In this document: piece by piece, positions 28,135 to 39,008 of the stretch
Layout: each line of letters starts with the position of its first letter
How positions within the stretch are numbered: position 1 is the first letter of the stretch
Notes under the pieces: generated by a model
Told to the model about the DNA's origin: nothing
Database searches by the model: none
Seen by the model: the letters and a program-made list of their open reading frames with translations, nothing else
Assembly: GCF_011745625.1 (NCBI RefSeq)
Contig: NW_027191454.1
Span: 62,001-126,000 of the forward strand
DNA length: 64,000 nucleotides
Reading direction: 5' to 3'
Origin: Cladosporium halotolerans
Lineage: Eukaryota
Translations under genes and position numbers: made by a program

Positions 28135-29190
28135 CTATACCCATGCGGCAGCCTTCTTGTACGAGTCTGTCTTCTCCTCCAGAGCTTTCCAGTGCGGTTC
28201 CCCGATTGTGACTGTTATACAGAGATCTCGTTCCACAAAGCCGAGTAGGTAAAGCCGACTTCGCTGTGCCAAGTCCCTCAGTCAGGCGAGGTGAAAATTA
28301 TCAGATCGGCGGTATCGATAAGCCGCTAGGTGAGAGCTTCCGCTCTCTTTGGTTGACGGCGATGTTATCTGCCTGTCCTTACGTTTTGTCTACACGAATC
28401 AGAACTTCTCAAGGCAATCCTACAAACACATGAAGCCCTGCTGCGGTGGAGGTGAACTCTTTAAGGCTCTGCATCGTATATGCATGTCGATGTTCTGCTT
28501 CCCTACAAGTCCTTGCTGTCGTTGCTGCTGACAGGGTTGCCCTGTTTTTCATGCGAGATGAAGGCACGTCGAGCAGGGGACCATCGAGACCCGCCAGGAA
28601 TTTGAGTGTCTCCAAGCATATCTTTGTTAATGTCGTACTCGTTAGTCCAAATGCTCTGTGACTGTTCGACCGGGTCTTGTCATGGCCTTTGCTCATCAGC
28701 CGACGATCTTTGCGCCGCATCTGATAGTCACAAAGATAAACACCTTGTCGTGCAATGAACATCTGGAGACCATCGTAAGATTTACGGTATATATGGTGTA
28801 CTCGGTTCTCGCGATCAACCGACGTAGAGAGTAAATATTCTTACCATGTGTCGAGCAGTAGTCTGCACGTTTTGGGGGCTTGATGGATTGTTCTCAGCCG
28901 ATCAGCTCCATCACGATAGGAAGAAAAAGCCCAGTAGACCACATACATCGTTCTATAGCAGAAGCTCTAACCCCTCAATTTTTCTTACTTCCCAAATACA
29001 GATGGGACTGTTTGATAGTTGCTTGAAGCAAAATTACTGGAGAGCATGGCGTTGTTTGTATCACAGAAAGCAATTGATCACTACCCCAACCCTAACCCTA
29101 CAACTCCACGAACTACCTCGGCTTAGCGTCATGAGACCGGGTCCACTCGAGCATTCAGAATGCTGAACCCTCCATCAACATGGCAACACG

Positions 29191-30339
29191 ATGGCGGCAC
29201 TTTCGCCGGCGTCTAAGGTAAGTGTATAATCTCGAACCGATACTGAAAATTTGTCACATCGGACTGACAAAACTACAGCGCGCGTTAACAAACCTCCGCG
29301 CTTTCGCGCCACCGCCTACGAACTACTTCAAATGCCCACTCAAGCGGCGCGCGGCGGTGCTCATATTGCTGTTCGCGGATCGTGGAGGGGATCTGAGAGT
29401 TGTTCTTACGATTCGAAGTGCAGGACTGAAGAATTGTGTGTTTTCTCCTCGCTTGAAACCACGACCCTACAACATGAGCTCTAACACGGTCGATCAGATG
29501 CTGGTCAAGCAGCCCTGCCAGGTGGCAAAGCAGATACACTGCAAGAATCACCATGGCAGACTGCACGGCGAGAGGCGTTTGAAGAAATCGGCCTCCCTCT
29601 CACTGAAGATAAACTCCCGCCTGGCTACACGGTGGAGCACCTGGCCGAGCTACCTACCAATCTAGCCATGACTGAGCTAGGCGTCCGGCCCTGCGTAGCC
29701 TACCTAAAAGCACCCCTACCATCAGCCCGCAACCCCAATCCGGACGCCGCACGCGATCTGCTCCCAAAGCTGGACGCGAAGGAAGTCGCGGCCGTCTTCA
29801 CAGCGCCCTTCCACAACTTCCTTCGCGAGAAGGACGAGGACCCCGCGCAGCGCGAGGTCGAGGGCGAGTGGTACAAGGGATCGTGGCACAGCTGGCACGA
29901 GAGCGCGTGGCGGATGCACAATTTCAGCGTGCCGGTGACCTCCTCGACGTCCTTCCTCGCGAAGCGCCCGGATTCGTACACGGATCCGCGGCCGAGCAGC
30001 GCGAATCCCGCGAGCACTGCGCAGTCGGGCGCGAGCAAGAAGCCCGCGCCGACGAAGAAGTCGGGCATGCAGCCGCCGCTGCCTCGCTCGTTCTACCGCG
30101 TGTCGGGGGATGCTCTGGCGCAGCCTAGATACAGGGTATTTGGCATGACGGCGCGGATTCTCGTGGATGCGGCGAGAGTCGCGTACGGGGAGGAGCCGGA
30201 GTTCGAGCACAATAGTCACTTCGGGGACGAAGAGATGATCGAGCGATTGATCAAGATCGGGCGGCTGAGCGAGGAGAAGAAGGAAGGCGAGATCCTGACT
30301 AGGGAAGTCATCAAGCAGGCAAAGGACGCCCGGATGTAA
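29191..30339 (+). CDS. Nudix hydrolase, peroxisomal CoA diphosphatase (Pcd1/NUDT7-like); exons 29191-29217, 29279-29435, 29498-30339
   Basis: RRAAVLILLF, LTIRS..L..YAGQAALPGG followed by the Nudix box (TARREAFEEIG), VFGMTARIL; C-terminal ARM resembles a PTS1. Confidence 0.85.
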
Positions 30340-31753
30340 TTGGGTGGTCGGCCGCGGCGTGACGACGCTGATGCTCTTTGGCCGAGAGTTGGATCTTCAT
30401 GTGGCCAGTTCGTAGAGCATGGCATCACTGCCGACCCAGGCGTGGTGGAACACAGTATTCAATCCAAGCAGCCCAGTAATACTCACCTTGCACGCCCTTT
30501 GCAACCAGCCATCTTTTTTGCGCAGACAATGGGAACCTAACCGCGTACCAAAGTTCGAAGCACAACATAATATAAGTAGACGCGGTACACAGTTAATTGT
30601 GCAACGAGCAGCCCCCTCTGTGCGCGCGCGTTGCACCGTCGATCGCCGTGGTGGTGCACAGAGCTCCCAAGCCACGCTTGCACAACTCTACGCGCGTGTG
30701 AAGACAGGGGTGCAGGGTTTGGTGTGTGAAGCTGCTCGCAGTTGTGTCAGACAGAGCGTTGTCGAGGTGACATTGTTCCAGACCGTGACGTGTGGCAGGG
30801 CAGAGTTTGCGTGTGCCCGGCCTTGAAAGGGCAGAAAAATCGTAGGCGTGAGGTTATCTTTCATTCAGGGCCATGGCGACAAATGACAGCAACAGTACTA
30901 AAGTGTTTTTGTGAGGTTGGTCTAGTGAAGACCGTGTGCGCCCCTGGGCATACCCCTGTCGTGTACATGCAGAGGTCAATATTAGGTCCACCTTTGCCTA
31001 CCGTGGCCTCCCGATTGAAGTGTTTGCAAAGACCTCTTGCACCGATAGAGAGAGCGCTGTCAGCTGTAATCTTCCAGCAGACCTGCCATCATCAGCTGCT
31101 CCATCGTGCTCGCCAGCAGCATCATTCGCATCGGCACCCGGCTGCGAGGGCGTTCGCGTAGAGATTGGGCGAGCCCAACGGTCGGTGGTCCGCGCACGCG
31201 AGCGAGCGTGCTGATTGGCCTCTAGCCAGGCCTCATTTAAGATTGCCTCACACGGACGCCCGGGTGCCTGGGGCTCTCCTCGACGACGGCATTCCTCCTC
31301 ACCACGCAGCAACCGGCGCCCGTCGTCGACACTGAGCGAAGGCATCGCGGCAGCACAGCGAGCCACGCGCGCGCGACACTCCATCAACACACCCATCTCA
31401 CTCCAGTCACTCTTTTGTACTGTCTGACGTCGACCGGCTGGCGCCACCGACCGCATCACAACAGCGGGCCTTACCGATTCGGACCTTCCCAGCACCTCCA
31501 CGACGAATCGAGACCTCCGCCTGCTGCGTCAAACCGATTCCGGCTCCGACCACGCGAAACATCACGAATACTCTTCTGTCTCTGCTGGCACCCCGCGACC
31601 AGTGACTGGCGACACACCTTCGGCATCCTTCCCTTCATTCCTTCGCGCCACATCATTCACGCCATATGTTCTCCCCCGACCATTAGGACCTCTAGGACCA
31701 TTAATACTCACCACTCTGGGAACACGAACCGCGCGATACAGCTGTCGCATGCA

Positions 31754-34700
31754 ATGCGCAGCATACTCTCTCAGCTCATAGCCCTCGGGCCTGAGCTGGC
31801 AGCCTTTATCTTCACATCACAAGTGCTGCTTGCAAACCCTGCGGGCGCATTACCTTACACCACCGCTCCTTCACCCAACCTCGACCTTTCACAACTCGGG
31901 CGTGTCGCATTGGCCGGCGACTACGACAGTATATCAATATACGAATATGTAGGCCAGAGCGAGAACACACACAAGTCCAATGGCAGTCAAGGACTGCTGA
32001 CGCAATATCCCAATGGCGCGTTTCAAACACTGGACATGACCGACGCGTACATCCAAACAATGTGCCCTTTCATGCAGGATGGAAAGATGCAGGGAATTGT
32101 AGTTGGCGGCAACTTCACAAGTTTGGGAGGTGTGCAAGCGTCAGGGATTGCGTTGTGGAACCCGGATACACAGGAAGTGACAGCCTTGCCCGGGCTCAAT
32201 GGGCAAGTCAAAGCACTCTACTGCGACGACGAAGCTGGGACCGTGTATGTAGGAGGATCTTTCATGGGTAGCAATTCGACTAATGCTTTGGCCTGGAAAA
32301 CCGGATGGACGGACTTGGCTTTTGAAGGATTTAACGGACCTGTATCCTCCATCACCAAGAACTCAGCCGGAGCCATTGTGTTTGGTGGCTCTTTTAGCGG
32401 TCTTGGTAACGCCACGTCCCCGAATGAGCCCGACGTCCAAGTCATCAACCTCTCTTCTGGGGAAATTACTGGAGAAGGCACGACCGACAGGGATGGCTTC
32501 AACGACCCAACGAACATTGTCTGTGGTTCCGGATCTCAAGACGGCAGTGGCAACGCATGGCTTCTCAGGGACGGCATTCCCGGTTTCTGGCAAGGCAACT
32601 ATGGCTTCGGCTTCAACCCGACTAAACTTGTCTTGTACAACACCGAGGAAGAGGGCCGTGGTACCAAGACATTTTACTTTGAGAACATGAACAGCGGCGG
32701 CATTCTCGAGATGCAATACTACGATGCCGATGGCAACAACCAGTCATGCTCTTCCCACTGCCCCCTTGCACACAACGCCACTGGCCAGGACTTTCACTTC
32801 GAGCCGCCTGTCGGTATGGATTCTTTCCGGATAAGGATCGTGGATTGGTACGGCAGCGGTGGTGGCCTAGCTGGCATTGAGTTGTACCAAGACCAGATCT
32901 TCTCATTTGCCATCAACGACTTCAACGAGCCCCGTTGCAGCGGCGTTGAGCAGGTGTCTAGCTCCTCCGTCAGCCCCAACGACGGCACGTGGGACAGAAT
33001 GGAGAAGGGCTCCCAGAGCAGCTCTGACTACCTCAGCGCCTTCCTTCTCAACCCTTCTCAGCTTGGCGAGGAGACTTCTGTTACCTTTACCCCTAATCTT
33101 CGCCAGTCTGGCAACTACTCTGTTACAGTGTACACTCCTGGCTGCTTGCAAGATGGCTCTTGCCCGACCCGCGGCCAAGTCAACCTAACCGGCTCAATGA
33201 CATCCGGGGATGCGCCTGTCAGCACAACTTTCTTCCAGACCAACAACTACGACAAATTCGATCAGATCTATTACGGATACATTGACGCTGACGTCGAGAA
33301 TTTCCGGCCTTCGGTCACTCTTTCTCCAGTCGCAAACCAGTCAACACCTCTTACTGTTGTGGCCCAACGAGTCCGCTTCGAGCTCATCAACTCTACCAGC
33401 GGCCTGAACGGTCTTTTCGAATTTGATCCTAGCCAAACGGAGGTCAGCACTGATTTCACAAAATCTCCGATCAACGCTGCTGGCAAGGAGCTTCAAGGCC
33501 ATGCGCTCGTGCACGCTGTCGCTGCGGTTGATGACGACTTGATTGTGGCTGGAAACTTCACTGGCAGTGGCATTTCGAACGTCATGAGGGTCGGCGAGAA
33601 TGCGACCGCGCTTCCTGACGGTGGCTTGAACGCGGAAGTCCAATGCATGTTCCAGAACGGGTCTATTCTGTACATGGGTGGCAACTTCAGCAACACCGAG
33701 CGTGAGACTGTCGAGGGCCTGAACAGCATTGCCGTCTTCGATGCCTCTGAGGACACTTGGGCTGCCCTTGGCGCTGGTGTCAACGGCCCTGTCTCCAACA
33801 TTGTCCCCATCGCTCTGAACGTCACCAGTGATGTCAACGAGACTTGCCTTGCCGTGACTGGCGCCTTCCACTCTGTCAATGCCTTTGGCGACAACGAGAG
33901 CTTTGAGACCGCGGGCTTCGCTGTTTGGGTCGTAAGCCGTGGCAACTGGCTGAACAACATCCCTGACGCAGCTATTACCGTCGAGGGCATGCTGGCCTCG
34001 CACACGTACGTTGATGGCTTTGGTCCTCTCTATGGTGGCTCTCTCATGGCCCAAAGGCCCGGTCTCAGCGGCGCCTGCGAACTTGAGGGATCAGGTCAGC
34101 CGTCATTGCAGAGCATGGGTATTCAGATCCAGCCCTCTTCGTCTTCGTCATCGGAGATGCAGAAAAGGGCGCTCGATACCTCTAGCGGCTCCAACGCTAC
34201 TGGCGTCTATGGTGGTCTTTTCTACGGCGATAACGGTCTGAACATTACTATACTCGGCGGAAGTTTCTCTGCAGAGGCTTCGAACGGATCGACTGTTGAG
34301 AACTTGATCTTCGTCAACAACACTGAGGACGAACAGACGGTCACTGGCCTCGGTGGGCTGGACTCGAGCTCGATCTTCGTCGCTATGGATACGATCGACA
34401 CACTCCTGTTCGCGGGTGGTGCTGTCACTGGATCTAGGGACGACGCCGAGGTGAACGGTTTGGTTGTGGTCGATCTGACTACTGGCGACTTTGCCCCGAA
34501 TCAGCCGCCCGCGCTCGGAGGTGAGACTGTGGTCGTCAATGCCGTTGCCACTCAACCTGAGTCGTCCATCGTCTTTGTTGGCGGAGACTTTGAGAGGGCC
34601 GGTGCTCTTACCTGTCGGACCATGTGCTACTACGACACCGAAGCTCGTCAATGGAACTCACCTGGTCCTGGCCTTGACGGCACCATCAGTACGATGACTT

Positions 34701-35443
34701 GGATTTCCAACAATGACCTCATCATTGCTGGAAACCTCACTGTCGGAGGAAACACCACAACCATTGCCACCTACAATGCCAAGGAGGAATCATTCGAAAC
34801 CTTCGAAGGAGCGTCTGCTCTTCCAGGACCGGTCATGGCTCTTGGCGCTGCAGACAACTCCTACAACACCTGGTGGGCTGCCGGTAGGAACCCTGAGGAC
34901 GGCACCGGCTTTCTCTCCAAATATGAAGATGGCAGCTGGACCGCCGTTCCCGACCTCGGCGAAGGTACCTCGATTCGTGCCCTGCAAGTGCTTTCCGTGA
35001 CAGACAACCACGACGGTACCGACCTGATGCCCAACGACCAAGTACTCATGCTGAGCGGCAACATCAACACCGCCTCTGCAGGCAACGCCAGCGTCGCACT
35101 CTTCAACGGCACAACCATCGTTCCCTTCGTCCTCGCCACCAAAGCCGACGGCTCCCCCGGCACCATGGCGCAAATGTTCGTCTCGAACCCCCAGAATCTC
35201 CTGCACGGCAACACAGGCAAGCATCTCGCGCTCGGCCTCGTCGTCTTGATCGGACTCGCCATCGCGCTCGCCCTCATCTTCATTCTCGTCGTCGTCGGCA
35301 TCCTGCTCGAGCGTTACAGACGCAAGCGCGAGGGATACGTGCCGATGGTCCGTGACCGCGGCGCCGGCAACCTCAGCCGCATCCCTCCCAGCGAGCTGCT
35401 TGGAGGCCTCGAGGAGAAGAAGGGCTCCCCGCCGCGCCTGTAA
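31754..35443 (+). CDS. RAX2: Polarity/bud-site-selection type I membrane glycoprotein Rax2
   Basis: Signal peptide, LDLSQLGRVALAGDYDSIS, repeated VGGNFT/GGSF beta-propeller-like motifs, VYTPGC..DGSC..RG, single C-terminal TM helix followed by RYRRKREGY. Confidence 0.88.
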   Translation: MRSILSQLIALGPELAAFIFTSQVLLANPAGALPYTTAPSPNLDLSQLGRVALAGDYDSISIYEYVGQSENTHKSNGSQGLLTQYPNGAFQTLDMTDAYIQTMCPFMQDGKMQGIVVGGNFTSLGGVQASGIALWNPDTQEVTALPGLNGQVKALYCDDEAGTVYVGGSFMGSNSTNALAWKTGWTDLAFEGFNGPVSSITKNSAGAIVFGGSFSGLGNATSPNEPDVQVINLSSGEITGEGTTDRDGFNDPTNIVCGSGSQDGSGNAWLLRDGIPGFWQGNYGFGFNPTKLVLYNTEEEGRGTKTFYFENMNSGGILEMQYYDADGNNQSCSSHCPLAHNATGQDFHFEPPVGMDSFRIRIVDWYGSGGGLAGIELYQDQIFSFAINDFNEPRCSGVEQVSSSSVSPNDGTWDRMEKGSQSSSDYLSAFLLNPSQLGEETSVTFTPNLRQSGNYSVTVYTPGCLQDGSCPTRGQVNLTGSMTSGDAPVSTTFFQTNNYDKFDQIYYGYIDADVENFRPSVTLSPVANQSTPLTVVAQRVRFELINSTSGLNGLFEFDPSQTEVSTDFTKSPINAAGKELQGHALVHAVAAVDDDLIVAGNFTGSGISNVMRVGENATALPDGGLNAEVQCMFQNGSILYMGGNFSNTERETVEGLNSIAVFDASEDTWAALGAGVNGPVSNIVPIALNVTSDVNETCLAVTGAFHSVNAFGDNESFETAGFAVWVVSRGNWLNNIPDAAITVEGMLASHTYVDGFGPLYGGSLMAQRPGLSGACELEGSGQPSLQSMGIQIQPSSSSSSEMQKRALDTSSGSNATGVYGGLFYGDNGLNITILGGSFSAEASNGSTVENLIFVNNTEDEQTVTGLGGLDSSSIFVAMDTIDTLLFAGGAVTGSRDDAEVNGLVVVDLTTGDFAPNQPPALGGETVVVNAVATQPESSIVFVGGDFERAGALTCRTMCYYDTEARQWNSPGPGLDGTISTMTWISNNDLIIAGNLTVGGNTTTIATYNAKEESFETFEGASALPGPVMALGAADNSYNTWWAAGRNPEDGTGFLSKYEDGSWTAVPDLGEGTSIRALQVLSVTDNHDGTDLMPNDQVLMLSGNINTASAGNASVALFNGTTIVPFVLATKADGSPGTMAQMFVSNPQNLLHGNTGKHLALGLVVLIGLAIALALIFILVVVGILLERYRRKREGYVPMVRDRGAGNLSRIPPSELLGGLEEKKGSPPRL

Positions 35444-37247
35444 GCGTTGGGGGAAAGATGACGTTTCTTTGCTCGCCTCAATACCCCAGCCTCCGTTCGC
35501 ATTAACGCCGCCTTTACGACTACGACGACACAACTTGTGTATTTTTTCCTTTGCCCTTTGCTCCGGAAGTGGCTCTCACCCGCGGGCCCTTCCGCGCTGC
35601 CTTGTCACAATTTGTTGATATTTACCTTGCTACTTTTGCCGCTTGTTTCTCTCCTTTTTGTCAAAACCACACACACGTGGCAACAAGCCACCCCTTTTCC
35701 TTTTACCGTTTTGCAAATACCTGGGCTTGCTCTTCTTTTCTGTTTGGCGAGGCGTTCCCGGCGCGTCTATTATTAGATCCCGAAAGTTCTCGTTCTCGCG
35801 GAGCCACGGCTCTCGCCTTGCCCTTTTTTTGCTTTCTGCTTTCTCTTTTCGGTTCGTCGACGTTGCGCTGCGGTAAGCCGCGAGCGCTTTTATTGGAAGA
35901 AGGAAGGAGGAAGAGATCGCTTTTGATGGTGAAGGGAGGAATTTGGGGGGACATAGAGCTGACTGAGACCTCTCTCAACACGGCCTTGTCTGGCTTTCTC
36001 TTTTTCCTGTTAGTTTCGTGTGGCTTGGGAGCTCTTGGCTCAGATGGAGATGGAGAGAGAGGGTGATGGAAAATAATGTATGAATTTGTTCGATACTACT
36101 CTTGTTTCCCTTTGTGTCTATGAGCTTTGGAAGTACCTTGTCTTCTATTTCGTGATGTGGGGTTCCATTCTTTCTCAGCGTGAGCTCCCCCCAAGCCATT
36201 TCCCCATGCCATTTGCAGCAGGCGTAAATGAGTTACCTCAGTAATCGATTTAGTACGGCATTAAGCGGCCCAAAGGACTCGATGGGTGATCGCCGTAGCC
36301 ATATTGGCTATCAAAGCCCTCCGGTGAGTCCTAGTCACTAATGCCTTCTGAGGCCCCGGAGGTCGATTGGTGATCATTATGGTTAACAGCGTCACCACTA
36401 CCGTACTCGCGTGCGATCTCATCTAATATAGTTGACTCGTGGCAATCTGCGAGGCTTCGGGTGCATCCGAGACACAACGGAGACACGGGAAGTGTATAAT
36501 TAACAACTCCCAACGTCAAACTCGCCTCTATCCGATCTCCATCTATCACGACCTGCCGTTGCGCGATCTCCACGTCTGCATTTGATTGCACGGTAATGCT
36601 TGTGATGACAAGCAAGTGAACGTTGTTGCGTTGTGCAGCTCAAGTCGTGGTCACAAGACGAGTGCCGCGGTCACACGTCTCGACGCGACGACGACTGAAG
36701 CCACGAGCATCTCTGCCACGCGTATGAATTGCATTTGACACTTGCATGCCGCAGACGCGGCTTGTCGTCAAGGCATCAGCAGCATGGTAGAGTCCGGGGT
36801 ATCTCGTTGTTCGGTGTGACGGATTGCTTAGGTGATGGGCTAACGGCTTCACAACGTTCATCGTTCATCAGCACTGATCAGTGAAGGAAGTGGCTTTGAA
36901 GCTGCCGTCCGAACGCCGCGACGACCTTCATGAAGAATCGAAACAGATTATTTGAACGATGAATGCAACTTGAGTCTAGGAACCTCCGATTCAAGGCAAT
37001 ACTGCTGGTAGGTGAGATCCTACGATCCTGAAATGCTTGTAAATTGACCGTTTCTGTTTCTGGCATGTCTCACAATCCGAGTCACTCAATCTACCGTCGC
37101 CTCTACCACAACACCCAGGTCCAAACATGCAAGACACAAACAGTCAGTAAAAGTACGGCGACTCCCTCCGCGAAATGAAGCTGCCTCCACTCTTCGCACC
37201 AACTCTTGCACGGACACGGCACGCACTTCGGTCACATTCTCTCCTCC

Positions 37248-38580
37248 ATGGCTTTCGACAAACCAGACACCAGTCCTGAGGGACACTCTGCCACTCGTTT
37301 CAAGTCGCCATCGCTGCCTCCAGTCGCTACCGCTCCCTTTCCCACCCGCCAATTCACTCCTTCGAAACTCCGAGAGTCAGACAGCTCCATGACCGTCGTC
37401 AACGGCAGACAGAGCAGTGTGTCCCCGCCTTTGGTCGATAGGCCGGAGGATCAGAGAATCAGAGACTCGCCTGTATCGCCCAGGTCAAGGTCTCCAGCTA
37501 CGCCTCCTCTCCCTCCAGTGCCCGGCAGCCCCATGAGCATGAAGCCCCTGCCTTCCAACCCGCCCCACGCCACCGAAGCCTCGGTTCCCTCAAAGAACCC
37601 CGAGAGATATGCCTCGGGTCGCATGTCAAACATGACCTTCCGCACCAATGATCGGGGAATGCCCAGCGACAAGCGTCGTTCCAACGCCACCCGCCGTGCA
37701 GAGTCTAGAGCTCCCAGCTACACTTCCACAACCATCACGCCAGGCCGACAACGCGGTCCGTTCGACAGGATATCCACGGAGCCCAACTTTGCCCAAAGAG
37801 TTTTCGACGCAGGAAAGCACGATCTGCTCTACGAAGTTGATGAAAGCACACGCTGGCCGTGGAACTTTGAAGATGTCAAGCACGGCGTGCTCGACCTCAC
37901 GACTCTCATGCGTATGCAGCAGCACGTGCTGCAGCAGAAGCTCGTGGCTCAGGTCAACGCACTTGGGCAAAAGGGAGCGTGGATGGAAATTGGTGTTGGC
38001 GAGACAATGAAGGAATACTGTAAGCGCATCTGTCCCTACTTGCCACTCTTGAGATCCTTCGACTAACATTCCACCCAAAGGCCAAATAACCCGAGACATG
38101 GACTACATCAACTCGACAGCTCCCGCTCGCGGCACATCATCAACAACCAACCCCTTCTTGATCTCCACAACTGACGTCCTGGAAGCCCAACTCCTCGAGG
38201 AAGGCGGCCTCATCGCCCGCCGTACCCCCAACAGCACAAACCCCTCCTCGCCGATAGAGGAGGAGCCCGAGAAGGCCAAAGACGCCCTGCTTCTGGCCCG
38301 CCTGCCCTACGCACCAGTGACGACGGCTCCATGGCGCCGCCACCTGCGCCGCTGGCTTTCGGTCGTTTCCGCAGCCATCGCGCTCCTTCTGCCGTTCCTG
38401 GTCATGATGCTCGTTCCGACTTTCGTCAGCCGCATGGTGACGACGAGTGTCATGATCGCGGTGTTTGCTCTCGCTGCTGCTGCCAGCGAGATCGATACAA
38501 AGCGAGCCGTGGCGTACGTCCTGGTGTACTCTGGTGCGCTGGTAGTGTTTGGAGGCTTAGTGCCGCCATATTGGAGTTGA
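37248..38580 (+). CDS. Hypothetical membrane protein, DUF6594-like C-terminus; exons 37248-38019 and 38081-38580
   Basis: Ser/Pro-rich N-terminus and three hydrophobic C-terminal helices ending YSGALVVFGG; intron GTAAGC..ACTAAC..AAG restores the frame (EYCQITRDMDY). Confidence 0.65.
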
Positions 38581-39008
38581 TGACGACTAATAATTTTCAT
38601 GGACGCCTTTGGGCGCCATCGACATTTTTCTCTCTCGTAATACCCTTTTCGCAAACCGGTTTTCTTGGTTCTTTTTATTTTCTTCTGGAAAGGGACTATG
38701 CACGGGCTCACGACGACGAGTGATGGATTCCCGCATCGGCCTTCACTAGACTTCACTTGGACTTCACTCCATCGATTTTCCTTTTGTCACATTGTTTCGG
38801 GTCAAGAGCATCGGCGTCGGACGGGTTTGTTTTCGCCACACGCGCAAGCGCTACGAAACACACGGCGATCACAGCAAAGGACGCATCACACTGCATCTCT
38901 TTCATCTTTGGAATCCCTCTTCCCTTTATCTTCTACACTACTTCATACAAGAAGAACCTCAATGTCTAGTAACTAGTATTATTCTCCGAACGAGACAAAG
39001 TTCGCAAC

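Noticed and set aside
28135..28230. HWKAL-containing frame in the ARG5,6 leader resembling AAP 'HLWKA'
   Set aside because: No ATG or convincing spliced first exon, and the QDY(I/L)SD core is missing
29084..29100. CCCCAACCCTAACCCTA telomere-like tract
   Set aside because: Fewer than three units; compatible with chance in a C/A-rich promoter
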